Shown: positions 38,385-51,577, counted from the stretch's first letter. The stretch: DNA of 64,000 nucleotides from Octopus sinensis (GCF_006345805.1 NC_043003.1:2294001-2358000); one strand, 5' to 3'. The notes: generated by a model from the letters alone, not told the origin. Made by a program: numbers and translations.

Positions 38385-39105
38385 ATCATCATCATCATCA
38401 TCATTTAACGTCCGCCTTCCATGCTAGCATGGGTTGGACGGTTCAACTGGGGTCTGGGGAGCCCGAAAGCTGCACCAGTCCAGTCAGATCTGGCAGTGTT
38501 TCTACAGCTGGATGCCCTTCCTAACGCCAACCACTCCGAGAGTGTAGTGGGTGATTTTATGTGCCACCGACACAGGTGCCAGACGAGGCTGGCAAAACGG
38601 CCACGCTCGGATGGTGTTTTTATGTGCCACCGACACAGGTGCCAGACGAGGCTGGCAGACGGCCACGCTCGGATGGTGTTTTTATGTGCCACCGACACAG
38701 GTGCCAGATGAGGCTGGCAAAACGGCCACGATCGGATGGTGCTTGTTACGTGCCCACAGCACGGAGGCCAGTCGATGCGGTACTGGCTACGGCCACGTTC
38801 GGATGGTTTTCTTGTGTGCCACGTGCCACCGGCACTGGTACCACAAGGATACAAATTCCATTGATGTTCATCTATTTTGATTGTTTTGATTTGATTTTCA
38901 CTTGCCTCAACAGGTCTTCACAAGTGTCACAAGAAGGAAGGTATGCACAGGTGGACTGACTACGTCCCAGGTAGGGGCCATGGGTTATGGCCTGACTAGT
39001 CTTGCCGGTCTTCGGATGGTGTTTTTATGTCCCACCGACACAGGTGCTAGATGAGGCTGGCGAACGGCCACGATCGGATGGGGTTTGTCATGTGCCCACC
39101 GCACT
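38385..39105 (-). mobile_element. RTE 3'UTR-derived element with three tandem ~60-bp units
   Basis: Family core ggagtggttggcgttaggaagggcatccagctgtagaaac on the - strand; nearly identical to 52400-53030. Confidence 0.9.
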
Positions 39106-39895
39106 GACTACAGCACTGATGGATTTCGTCCTTAACTAATGATAGTGATATTAATTATTAGGTTTTATTTAAATAACTACAGGCATCTCCTAGGTAACAA
39201 GTGTTGTGCTTTTGAAAGTCTTGACATAATGTGGAATTCTGTAACAGAAAATCTATTTTCTAATTAACTTCCACGTTTCATGGAAAAATATGTTTCTAAT
39301 TATGACACTTCTTTCTCTACAGTTTCGTCTTATACAAATAGGGTAAAACACGTGTGGAGCTGTTAGTGATTTGCATAATTTAAATAAAAATGAGCAAAGG
39401 GAAATAATTCAGTGACCAATTGTATGTATTTGGGAAAAGCAAAACCGCAAAACGCCTGACAAATACAGGTCTATCAAATGCCTTACAACATAAATTCTTG
39501 ATTTATTAAAATTAACTCTGCCTCTGAGAAAGTATCTTGTCAGTAGTTTACAGATATTGGTAGGTATTTATGGTAATATTAGCCTGACCCATTTAGTATT
39601 TAAAAAGGCCATATCTGGGGCCCAAATATTCTCCCTGGCCTCACACACCTACCCTAGAATATCATTCTTAAAATAACCATACACATCATTGAAATCTCAA
39701 AAGCTGTGAGATAATGCAGGATTTATATAAAACAATTTGAATAAACATGGATTACATTTGACAGAATAATCTGAATGCAAAAGGGTCAAATTCCCTTTTT
39801 TGCCTTAGAACTGGTCCTAGCTGTGGACGATTTCTTCTGGTGTCTTCACTTGCATTTATATCCCTGTAACAAAGTGACTTTCTCTTCTATTGTAG

Positions 39896-40013
39896 AGAGC
39901 GGTTGAACCTCCCGAAGTGAAGCATGAGCGGTTGTTTGTTGTATCTGTATTAGGATTTCTTGTCAACTTGATTGGAATTTTTGCCTTCCAACATGGCCAC
40001 GCCCACGGAGGAG
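39896..40013 (+). CDS. SLC30A7: ZnT7 exon 5 (RAVEPPEVKHERLFVVSVLGFLVNLIGIFAFQHGHAHGG)
   Basis: ttgtag acceptor, GTAAGC donor, 118 nt; TM4 and start of the His-rich loop. Confidence 0.96.
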
Positions 40014-40600
40014 GTAAGCTTGACAGGGGGGTTTTTTTCCTGCATTTTCAATTTTCACTTTATTAATTTTCGTCTTCCTCTTCATTTCTCCTGCTTTACA
40101 TCGTCACCACCACCACCACTATCGCCATCATCATCATTTCCATCATCGTCATCATACCCACATCCCATGCTGACCCGAAAGATGGGAAAACCACCGTCTT
40201 CCTCCAGTATCTCATTTTAGGATTGGTTACTGTGTCTAGATGCCTTTCCTCACACCAACCCCTTTACCAACCCTAAACAAGTTGTCTTTGGCAAATCTAA
40301 AGAATCCTCTCAGACCCTGTATTGTCTCTGCCCAATTCACCAGCCACCTTACCATTATATGATGGCACTTATATAATTTCTCATTTTAAATACACATTAT
40401 TTTAACATTTAATTTTACTCTCTTCTGAGATGAGATTCTGCCGAGGTTGACTTCACCTTTCATCCTTTGTGGGGTCAATACAATAAGGACCAGTATAGTA
40501 TTGGGGTCGATGTAATTGACTTTTCCCCTCCCCTAGAATTGCTGGCCTTGTGCCAAAATTTGAAACCAGTATTTAATTTATTCTTCATATTTCTATTTAG

Positions 40601-40654
40601 ACCATGGACATTCCCATGGACCCTCTCATGGACACACACATAGCCATGGATTTG
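40601..40654 (+). CDS. SLC30A7: ZnT7 exon 6, His-rich loop (DHGHSHGPSHGHTHSHGF)
   Basis: ttctatttag acceptor, GTAAGT donor, 54 nt, phase 1-1, in frame with neighbouring exons. Confidence 0.9.
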
Positions 40655-41241
40655 GTAAGTAGTCTTTCAGTATTGTAAATGCTGATATTTTATTTTAAAA
40701 ATTGTTTGTAGTAAAGATTATTTGCCAACATAACATGGCAGTCCTGGTTTAGGACAAATGTTGCTGTAATTTAGCCCCAGGAGACATTGTCTCCAGCTGG
40801 CTATATGACATAACCTGTGTCCTTACATTTTTCGAACAAGGGAATCTAGCATCCCCACTCAGCTCAAAACAATGTGTGTATTGCGATTTCCAGGTTATTT
40901 CCCTTCATCAGCACAGAATAACTGACAACCAATGTTGGTGTATTTACATCCCCTGTAACTTAGCAGTTTGGCAAAAGAGACTGATAGAATAAGTACTAGG
41001 CTTACAATGAATAAGTCCTGGGATCAGTTTGCTTGACTAAAGGTGGTGTTCCAGCATGGCCGCAGTCAAATGACTCAAACAAGTAAAAGAATGAAAATCC
41101 CTGATTAATTCTTTTGCAGAAATTCTTCAGCCAAAAGTCTTGTTACCAGTTTAGTATGAAATGTAGTTTCACCAATGATGTTATTTACTAATTTCTGTTT
41201 GGTCGTTTGCATTAATGAATTGTACAATGATTTTGTTTCAG

Positions 41242-41370
41242 GTTTAGAAGTTTCCAGCCATGAACACAATCATAATCATAACCATTGTCACAGCCACGAC
41301 CATGATAAGAAGCCTTGTAATAATTCACCCGCAAGATCATCTCAGGTGTCACAGAAACAAATTATGCAAG
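41242..41370 (+). CDS. SLC30A7: ZnT7 exon 7, His-rich loop (GLEVSSHEHNHNHNHCHSHDHDKKPCNNSPARSSQVSQKQIMQ-G)
   Basis: ttttgtttcag acceptor; weak donor AAG|GTCTGG; ends QIMQG like human QILQG; phase 1-1. Confidence 0.88.
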
Positions 41371-41859
41371 GTCTGGATTTTTACCCCCTTTTTTGTTGCT
41401 TTTTTTCTTTTTTCCTGTTAATTATTTAGAATTAGACGAGTTACTAATTTGGTACAGCATAAAATTCTTTGATTATTTCTTTTAGATTACAGCAAAAAAT
41501 TTTTGAAAAGCACCTGTGCTGGTACCCTATAAAATGCACCCATGCTGGTGCCACATAAAAAGTACCCCTATTTGTGCCACATAAAGCGCACTGGTGCTGG
41601 TGTCACATAGAAAGCACCCAGTAATCTTTGTAAAGTGGTTGGCATTAGAAAAGGCGTCCAGTTGTAGAATCCATGCCAAAATAAACAACTGGAGCCTTGT
41701 CACGGGTTTGCCAGCTCCTGTCAAACCCTCCACCCATGCCAGCTCCTGTCAAACCATCCAGCTGGCCAGCTCCTGTCAAACCCTCCACCCATGCCAGCTC
41801 CTGTCAAACCATCCAACCCATGCTGGCTTGGAAAATGGACTTTAAACGATGGTGATGAT

Positions 41860-42420
41860 TTGTCTAAATTGCTATCGAATGATGAAGTAATTCTTGAGAG
41901 TTTGTTGGTCAACTGGTTGAAGAATAAATCTCTTTGAGACTCTCTGTTGAGGTGTCTGTCAAGAATATGATAGACAATTTCAAAGACTTTGCAATTAATT
42001 GTTTTGTTTGGTTTATAGATGGACAGATTTTGGTATATGTTTAGCATAACCAATAATCAGTTGCGAGATACTTGGAGGAAGTTGGTGGAAGGAACTGGAA
42101 TGACCGGGAAGGATTGTTTCTGAAGCCATGTGAGTTTTGGAAAGAGCGGATTCTCCATATGTGCTGACTTCATCGTTCACAGCAAAATTACCGAATGTGG
42201 TGGCCTTGGGCTGTGGAGAAGAGGAGAGAAAGGTACTTCAAAGAGGAATGGGATGTGTTGTTTGTGTACTGCTAGGAAATACAGGACAGGGTTCCGAGTT
42301 TGATTTAATTCTTTGAATGTTTGCCAAGAGGAAGGAGAAATGATTTTTGAATTTAATAAGGTTTTGTTGGTTTGGGTTGTTATTTGTGGGGTGGGAAAGA
42401 GGAATCGATGACGGGGTTGC
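41860..42420 (-). mobile_element. Possible highly decayed LINE APE-endonuclease remnant
   Basis: Pieces FLLANIQRIKS and SIYKPN..VYHI..RDLFFNQL loosely resemble APE motifs; many breaks. Confidence 0.35.
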
Positions 42421-42860
42421 TATTAGCTAATTAATTAGTCCCTGTTAGCCAATTAATTAGTCCCTGTTAGCAGCTCATCTGGAAGGTAGGCTTTGAATTA
42501 GTCTTTTGAAATCTTGTGCTTTCTGGGTTACAATCACAAACTGGGGTGACAAGAAGATAGAGTTGATCATGTGCTTAGCCTGTTAGGGCAGTCAGTCTCT
42601 TTAGATGTTAATCACAGGATAAGCCTATCTCCTGTTTGGCTGTGGGCTTCTGCCAGAAAGCCTTTACCACCTGTACCCTCTGATAAGCTGTAGCACTACA
42701 CAAAGGAAATGCAGTGAGAATTGATGTATCAAAAGATTGTGTAATCCCTGGGCCACAAGCCTGGGACAGACTATTTGTAATGGAGGGAGTTCTTCTAAAA
42801 GCACTTTAACTCTGGTGACATCCTTGTTGAGTGCAAAAATTAAAAAGAAATGCTGCAGTA

Positions 42861-43039
42861 GTAAAGATTGTTTGCCAACATAACATGGCAGTCCTGGTTT
42901 AGGACGAATGTTGCTGTAATTTAGCTCCAGGAGACATCGTCTCCAGCTGGTTATATGACACGATCTGTCCTGGGGCTAAATTACAGCAACATTCGTCCTA
43001 AACCAGGACTGCCATGTTTTGTTGGCAAACAATCTTTAC
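42861..43039. mobile_element. Foldback with 69-bp near-perfect arms; solo arm at about 40721-40815
   Basis: 42861-42929 vs 42971-43039, two mismatches seen. Confidence 0.8.
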
Positions 43040-44957
43040 ACCAAAGCACTGTTGTTGAATATCTCTTGTGAGATTTAAAAATAGTAATTTTCAAATGCTG
43101 TAGTGTTTTGTTGTGTGACAGTGTTTAAGAGACGTTGTCTTAATGGAGTGAGAGAGATTTTGTCTTTGCTGTGGTTGGAGAAGCCACGTCCCTGTGAGTA
43201 ACTTCAGTGTAACCGAATCAATATACTGGCTCAAACTGGAGGAAGTAAATGGATTTGAACTGAGGCTCATTTAGGAGAGGAGGAATGCTGAAATTTGGTA
43301 GATCAAGGGGGATTACGAGAGTCTGGAAGTTTAGAGTAAAATATAAATTAGAAATAATAAATTCTATTGTATTTTGGTTGGAAGAATTTAGAAGTTAGTT
43401 TTTTTGGTTTTTTAATGATTTACTGACCAATCTATTTGATTTAGTGGACCAACATGTCCTTTGTGGCATACCTGTGGGCTTTGGTACATTGTTAAAAACA
43501 AATATATTTATTTAAAATTTAAATGAAGCAAGGGAGATAACTGCAATATGACGTTTTTGTAAACTAGAAAATGTCGTACAAGGAGTGGACCATGTTATAA
43601 AAGTCAGCTGGGATAAAACAGCAGTTCTGCTTCAATCTTATTGGATCTTTTGAGTGAAACTGAGCAGGATCAATATACCTTCCGTGTTGTCATGTTTTAA
43701 GCAATGTCTCATTGGCTAAACACCAGCTCTTTGAAAGAAACACTAACATCTTCAATAATAAGCAATACAGCCAATGATGCTGAGGTTATATATTGACTAA
43801 AGTACAGGTGCCGAAATGATTCCAGCTACATTAGTGGGAGTGTGTAGATCAGATGGAGCGTTAAACTAGTTTACTTTCCTCTTCTACAGCAGCACATTTG
43901 ACATGCGTTAATTAAGCCCCTGTGTCACCTGCTCAGCATCAGAACCAAAGACGATTAGAAACGAACCACTGTGTGTGTGTGTGTGTGTGTGTTATTGTCT
44001 CCTTGCCTTCATATTGTAGTTTTACCTGAATGTCTTTATTATACAAGCATTGTCCTCCATTTCCAATCTTCCATGAAAACATGTTTGGTCACGGGGAAAT
44101 ATTACCTTACCTGGGAACAGAAGGTCTGTCCATCCTTTGCAAGCAGAGAAAAAAATGGGCATTAAATGATGATGATGACGATGGTGATTTGATAAGCTTT
44201 TCGAGGCAGAAGCAATGGAGACATCATGTATTTTATCTTCTGCTATGTTTGTCTGTTTATTATTCATAATCAAGCAGGTGGGCTGGCAGAAACAGTCAGC
44301 ACATACCAGACAAAATGCTGAGTGGCAGTTTTTCTGTCTTTACATTCTGAGTTCAAATTCCACTAAGGTTGACTTTGCATTTCATTTTTGGGGCGGAAGG
44401 AGGGGGAGGGGATAAAATAAGTACCAGTTGAATACTGGGGTTGATGCAATTGACTAACACTTTCCCTTGAAATTGCTGGTCTTGTTCTAAAATTTGAAAC
44501 TATTGCAATTTCAGTGTAAATTATGCCAGTCAAACTATTTTCTCCAATAAGTGACCAGTTTTATTTCATAAGATTTTATAAAAATAAATTGAGATCGCAT
44601 GTCCGGCCCAGTTAAGAGTGCCCCTGATGCATCGGGTGATATGATATGGTTGAGAAGACCTATTGAGTCAAGTAAAACCAATATCGTAGCTGTGGCCAGT
44701 GCCCCCTGACTGGCCCCTGTGCTGGTGGCATATAAAAAGTACTTATCCAATTGTGGTCGATGCCAGGCCTGCCTGACTGGCCCCTGTAACAGTGGCACGT
44801 AAAAAGCACCAACTACCCTCTCAGAGTGGTTGGTGTTAAGAAGGGCATCCAGCTGTAGAAACGTTGCCAGATCAGATTGGAGCCTGACGCAGCCTCCTGG
44901 CTCTCCAGACCTCAGTCAAACCGTCCAACCCATGCCAGCATGGAAAGCAGACATTAA

Positions 44958-45212
<255 letters not shown>

Positions 45213-45340
45213 TGAGTCATTTTCATTCATATTGTACACAATATTACGTTGTATTTTGGGAAGGACAGTATGCCAATAATAAACACATGCACTGGTTCTA
45301 TTTCACTTCTTTTAGTATTATTAGTCAATTGGTTAATTAT

Positions 45341-45467
45341 ACAGTTCTATATTTAAGGGATGGGGAATTATGTACATTATTTACATGTGACAGATATTTG
45401 TCCTCCTCTTGTTTGTTGTTAACATCAAACATGATGAGGACAAATATCCATCAAATGTAAATAATAT
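45341..45467. mobile_element. Same family, copy D (terminal arms only) in ZnT7 intron 8
   Basis: Perfect 14-bp TSD aattggttaattat at 45327-45340 and 45468-45481. Confidence 0.75.
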
Positions 45468-45669
45468 AATTGGTTAATTATTTCATCAGTTAACTCATTG
45501 TTTGATCAGTAAATCGGTGAGCTAGGGTGTACAGAATATTTTATCCAGAATTTTCCTATATGCACTGATTCCATTCCAATCCTCCATGTGCTGCCGTGAA
45601 AGACCCTTTCTCTAAACACTCCCTCCCTCCCATACTTCACAGTGACATCTACTTATTGCTTTTAACCCT

Positions 45670-46520
45670 TTTGGCTTCCATGCCAGTGGCACATAAAAAG
45701 CACCATTCAAGCATGGTTGATGCCAGTACCGCCTGACTGGCCCTCGTGCCAGTGGCAATGTAAAAAGCATACACTACACTTTTGGAGCAGTTGGTGTTAG
45801 GAAGGGCATCCAGCTGTAGAAACTTTGCCAGATCAGATTAGAGCCTGGTGCAGCCTTCTGGCTTGCCAGTCCCCAGTCAAACCGTCCAACCCATGCCAGC
45901 ATGGAAAACGGACGTTAAACGATGATGATGATGATTATTCTGCCAGTTTTATGATGTTATGTATTTCATCATCATCATCATCGTTTAATGTTCTGCTTTC
46001 CATGCTGGCATGGGTTGGACGGTTTGACTGAGGACTGGTGAGCCAGGAGGCCTCACCAGGCTCCAATCTGATCTGGCAAAGTTTCTACAGCTGGTTGCTC
46101 TTCCTAACACCAACCACTCCAAGAGTGTAGTGGGTGCTTTAGGGCCAGTCAGGCGGTTCTGGCAATGACCATGCTCAAATGTTGTTTTTCACATACCTGT
46201 AGGAAGACTCTGGCAACGATCACGCTTGAATGGTGCTTTTCACGTGCCACCAGCATGGGAGCCAATCCGTGGCCCTGGCAACGATCATGCTTGGATGTGC
46301 TTTTAACGTTCCACTAGCACGGCTGGCAATCAGGCGGTACTGTCATTGGCCACGACAATGACTTCACTTGCCTCAGCAGGTCTTTGCAAGCAAAGTTTAT
46401 TGTCCAATGATTGAAGGTTACTCATAAGTGGTCTGGTTATGCACCACTGGCATAGGTCACGGTCTCACTTGGCTTGTCAGGTCTTCTCAAGCACAGCATA
46501 TCTCCAAAGGTCTCAGTCAT
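45670..46520. mobile_element. Tail-to-tail RTE 3'UTR copies (about 45670-45935 on +, 45965-46520 on -)
   Basis: (GAT)n tail at 45921-45935 and (CAT)n at 45968-45982; both carry the core. Confidence 0.88.
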
Positions 46521-47111
46521 TAATAAAGGAAATTAAGTCTAGTTTTACTGGTGTGTTTAGTGTGGGGCCTGATTTATATACATGCAGAACCTTATATGTA
46601 TGATTTGAGCAAAGTTGACCCCCAACATTAGGACCCACTTCATGCAAGCATGAAGGCATGCTGGCAGAATGCTGCTCCTCTAAATGCAAACCTTAGCTGT
46701 CATTGTGGTTTTGTGGCATGAAGCAAAGCAGGCCTTGTTATCCACAAGCACTCAAGCCAATTGAGCCCTCAACTTGTCCCATTTGCCAAAAGGTTTACAA
46801 GATACCTGCAGGCCTCAAGAGACACGTCAGTGTCCATAGAATATGATTAACACTTTATTTTACTGAAACTTTGTCATTCACAACAACAGAATCAATCAGA
46901 TGCACACACACAAATCATTCTTATTATTGGAAATAGGTGAGGGTTGGTGACAGGATGGGCATCCAGTCATAGAACCTCTGTCTGATCTACGCAACCATGG
47001 AGAGTGGAGGTTAACTGGTGATGGTGTCTATCAATGAAAGCCGACATCTTCAGATCCATGTCAGCTGGCTTTGTAAATATTAACAACACAATTACTTTCA
47101 TTGTCTTTTAG

Positions 47112-47202
47112 TGTAATACCACTTTTGAGAGACTCAGCAGGAATTCTGATGCAAAAAACCCCACGGCAGCTAGAATCCTCTTTACCTGGATGCTATCAAA
47201 GG
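47112..47202 (+). CDS. SLC30A7: ZnT7 exon 9 (VIPLLRDSAGILMQKTPRQLESSLPGCYQR)
   Basis: tcttttag acceptor, GTATGT donor, 91 nt; motif ILMQxTP. Confidence 0.96.
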
Positions 47203-47211
47203 GTATGTTCT

Positions 47212-47422
47212 TTAACGCTTTCGTTACTCTATTTATTTTGAGATGCTCTCTGTTTCTTTTAATTGATTTTAAATATAACAAAGAATTTAGTAAAATAACT
47301 TAGTTATCATTCAGCTAGTGTTAGGAACATAAATTGTGGAAGATTTTAATTCAGAACTTTTGAAAACAAGACATTTGTACTCAGAGCCAGTTTTTCAGCC
47401 GGGTTGGTATCAAAAGGGTTAA
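47212..47422. mobile_element. piggyBac-type MITE
   Basis: TTAA at both ends; cgctttcgttac / ggtatcaaaaggg termini. Confidence 0.7.
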
Positions 47423-48013
47423 TCTCAATAAATGCTTGAAACTGGCAAGTTTTTAGTTGTTTGGAATTAGTCTTTTATTCTTTTACTTGTTTCAGCCATT
47501 AGACTGTGGCCATGCTGGGGCACAGCCTTGAAGAAGTTTAGTTGAATGAATTGACTTCAGTACTTTTTTTTTTAAGCCTGAAACTCATTCTATCAGTCTC
47601 TTTTGCTGAACCACTATGTTATGGGAATATGGTTGTCAATCCTATGTGGGAGACTACCAAACACACACACACACATTTATCTTTCATTTTTTATTTGTTT
47701 CAATCATTTGAATGCGGCCATGCTGGATCACCAATACACACTACAAGCTACCTTCAATTTCTGTCCACCAAATCCACTCGTAAGGCTTTGGTCAACGAAA
47801 GGCTATACCAGAAGACACTTGCCCACGGTGTCACAGAATGGGACTCAACCCAGAGCCACGTGGTCTGGAAGCCACACAGCCACATCTATTTCTGACATTG
47901 GTGCAAAATCACACCATCAATAATTGTATTTTTATCAATAAAACATCTTCTTTCAAACAAGTTAACATAATCTAATTTGAAACAATTAACCGTTCTTTTA
48001 TGATGTCTTTTAG

Positions 48014-48163
48014 GTTAGTCAACTTGAAGGCGTTTACAGTGTGCAGGAACCACATTTCTGGACTCTTTGCAGTGAAGTTTATGTTGGTACTATAAAATTA
48101 GAAGTTTCTAATGATGTTGACTCCAAATATGTCCTCAGTCAAACTCATAATATTTTTACACAG
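48014..48163 (+). CDS. SLC30A7: ZnT7 exon 10 (VSQLEGVYSVQEPHFWTLCSEVYVGTIKLEVSNDVDSKYVLSQTHNIFTQ)
   Basis: tcttttag acceptor, GTAAGT donor, 150 nt; cytosolic C-terminal domain motif HFWTLCS. Confidence 0.97.
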
Positions 48164-48640
48164 GTAAGTGGAAATTATTATTCTTCTATTCAATTTGGCA
48201 GGTAAAAAGCACCATTGATTGATGCCAGTGCTGCCTGACTGACCCTCGTGGCAGTGGAACATAAAAAGCACCATTCGAACATGGTCGATGCCAGTGCTGC
48301 CTGACTGGCCCCTGTGCTGGTAGCACGTAAAAAGCACCCACTACACTCTCAGAGTGGTTGGCGTTAGGAAGGGCATCCAGCTGTAGAAACTTTGCCAGAT
48401 CAGATTGGGGCCTGCTGCATCCTTCTAGCTTGCCAGTCCTCAGTCAAACCGTCCAACCCATGCCAGCATAGAAAGTGGACATTAAAAGATGATGATGAGG
48501 AATTTTATATGAATTTCATTATTTAATTTTATACAACAACAACAATAATTGTTTCTACAATAAGCACAAGGCCTGGTGGGGGTGGGGAAGCCAATTAGAT
48601 GGACCCCAGTGTTTGACTGGTACTTATCTTATTGACGCAA

Positions 48641-48870
48641 GGTGCCGAGCTGGCAGAAACGTTAGCACGCCAGGTGAAATGCACAGCCGTATTTCGTCTG
48701 CCGCTACGTTCTGAGTTCAAATTCCGCCGAGGTCGACTTTGCCTTTCATCCTTTCGAGGTCGATAAATTAAGTACCAGTTACGCACTGGGGGTCAATATA
48801 ATCGACTTAATCCGTTTGTCTGTCCTTGTTTGTCCTCTCTGTGTTTAGCCCCTTGTGGGTAGTAAAGATA
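48641..48870 (+). mobile_element. Second tRNA-derived SINE family; further copies at about 44270-44500 and 40430-40560, with three in tandem at 61560-62100
   Basis: gagctggcagaaacgttagcac..gagttcaaattccgccgaggtcgactttgcctttcatcc. Confidence 0.8.
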
Positions 48871-49555
48871 GGTATTTATTTTATTGACCTCAAAAGGATG
48901 AAAAGCAAAGCTGACCTCAGCAGAATTTGAACTCAGAATGCCTAATGGCATTTCATCTGGTGTGCTAACGATTCTGCCAGCTTACCACCTTAATCAATAA
49001 TAATAATGGTTTTTGCCCTGTGAAAAGCACCCAGTCCACTCTGTAAAGTGGTTGGCATTAGGAAGGGCATCCAGCCATAGACACCACGCCTAACCAGACA
49101 ATGGGACCTGTTGCAGCTCCATATACACCATCTAACCCATGCCAGAATGGAAAACAGATGTTAAATGATGATGATGATGATTTTGGTACAGAGCCAGTAG
49201 TTTTTGAGGGGAGGGGCAGTTGATTACATTGGCTCCAGTAACTTCCAAATTCTGTTATTCTCACTGATTAAATTATGTTTATCTCCTAGTTTTATTTGTC
49301 AACAGTTGACGCTTCTTTGAGCGATAGCAAATAATCTCAAGCAGATTAAAACACTTCCCTTCTCATAATTTGGGTGCAGGAGTTGGTTGTGTGGTAAGTA
49401 GCTTGCTTATCAACCATTTGGTTCCGGGTTCAGTCCAACTGCATGGCACCTTGGGCAGGTGTCTTCTACTATAGCCTAGGGCTGACCAAAGCCTTGTGAG
49501 TGGATTTGGTAGACGGAAACTGAAAGAAACCTGTCACATACATACATATATATAT

Positions 49556-50997
49556 ATCAAAATAAGCAACGAGGATATCCAAGGTAGTATAGTACAATCG
49601 TTTCATGCTACTTCATTTTATTAAACAATGTAAGTATTACATCAGTTTTAAAATGTAAAGCAATCTTCAGCCACATATAGAATTTTTTAATTTTATTTAT
49701 TTAAAAAAAAAATTAAATGGACAATGTACATTTTTATACTTATTCCATTTGCCAACATTACAAAGAGGGTAGATATATAGAAAGGTTAATTTCGTCATTA
49801 AGAACATGGTAGTTGAAGGTCTTTCTCCATCTGAAGATTTTTTATACTTTTAAGTATTTTAAATAATAATGACCATTCCTAAATTTTGAAATCTTAATAT
49901 TTTGTAACCAAATAAGTAATTAATATACCATACTAGCTTTTATTTAACCTGCATAGATTATTAAGAAATTTTATAATATAAATAAATTTGAATAAAGTGA
50001 AATTAGAATCTTTTGATACTGGTGCCCCAGCCAGCGGTGGTGCCCCAGCATGGCCGCGGCCTTCGGGCTAAAACACTTTTAAGGATTTAAGGATTTATGA
50101 AAGGGTTGCATAAATTACATATATCTAGGGAAATTATTTAGTTCATCTTGATTACCTCCCTTCCATTACATGTTAATATATCTTATAGGCTCTTGATATA
50201 TGTGCTAATTGATAAGGTTTTTTTTTATAGGTAGTAAATATGTCTAGCATATTCCTTTAATTTAACTCATTAATAAAAATAAATCACTATTTACTAACTA
50301 ACTATAAATCTATATTAATAAAAATCTGATATATATATATTTGTATAAATATGAAATGATTTCTATATTTTCTATCCCTATATAAGATACTAAAATTTAT
50401 TAGAATCCTTTGGGAAAAAAACGATCTTAAGTATATTTATTTAGAATTCGCAAACAGAATTATGGCTGTTAAATGGTAAAGAACATTAGAAATCTGTAGA
50501 GCATTAGTAGTCTCTATTCTCCCTAGCTTCAGCCTACTAACTTTAGCTAAAATACATTCAAATATGCCAAAGTTAAATTCCTCATAATGGGGATGGATTT
50601 ATGGCTTTGACATTTGTACTAACCCTTTCTCTATCTATAAATAGAAAAATTCTTGTTTGTCTCCAATGAACCAAATAAAGAAACCCCCTCCCCATTGATA
50701 AATCTCAATAACAAAGTGAACTCAGTGATAAAAAATCTACAGATGGAGAAAGACCTTCTACTACCATGTTCTTAATGATAAAATTAACCTCTCTTTCTAT
50801 ATATCTACCCTCTTTGTAATATTGGCAAATGGAATAAGTATAAAAATGTACATTGTCCATTTAATTAAAAAAAATTTAAAAAAAAAATTTTTTTTTAAAT
50901 TCTATATGTGGCTGAAGATTGCTCGATATTTTTAAAATGAAGTAGCATGAAACGATTGTACTACACTACCTTGGATATCCTTGTTGCTTATTTTGAT
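49556..50997. mobile_element. 1.44-kb foldback element with ~270-290-bp TIRs
   Basis: 49556-49845 matches the reverse complement of 50728-50997; very AT-rich interior with no intact ORF. Confidence 0.85.
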
Positions 50998-51577
50998 TAT
51001 AATCACCTCATTTGATTTATATGGATAATACCATACAAAATTCTGGTACCTTTATCTTAAGTACCATATTCATCTGAATGTGTATATATATCATCATCGT
51101 TTAGCATCCGTTTTCCATGCTAGCATGGGTTGGACAGTTCAACTCGGGTCTGTGAAGCCGGAAGGCTTCATCAGGCCCAGTTAGATCTGGCAGTGTTTCT
51201 ACGGCTGGATGCCCTTCCTAACGCCAACCACTCCGTGAGTGTAGTGGGTGCTTTTTACGTGCCACCCGCACAGGTGCCAGACAGAGCTGGCAAATGGCCA
51301 CGAACGGATGGTGCTTTTATGTGCCACCGGCACGGGGGCCAGGCGAGGCTGGCAACGGACACGAACGGATGGTGCTTTTTACGTGCCAGTGGCACGAGGC
51401 CAGTCGGGGCGGCGCTGGCAACGGTCATATACATATACACACACACATACATACATACAAGGGCATCCAGCTGTAGAAACTCTGCCAGATCAAGATTGGC
51501 GCCTGGTGCAGCCATCTGGTTTGCCAGTCCTCAGTCAAATCGGATGTTAAACAATGATGATGATATACATACACACA

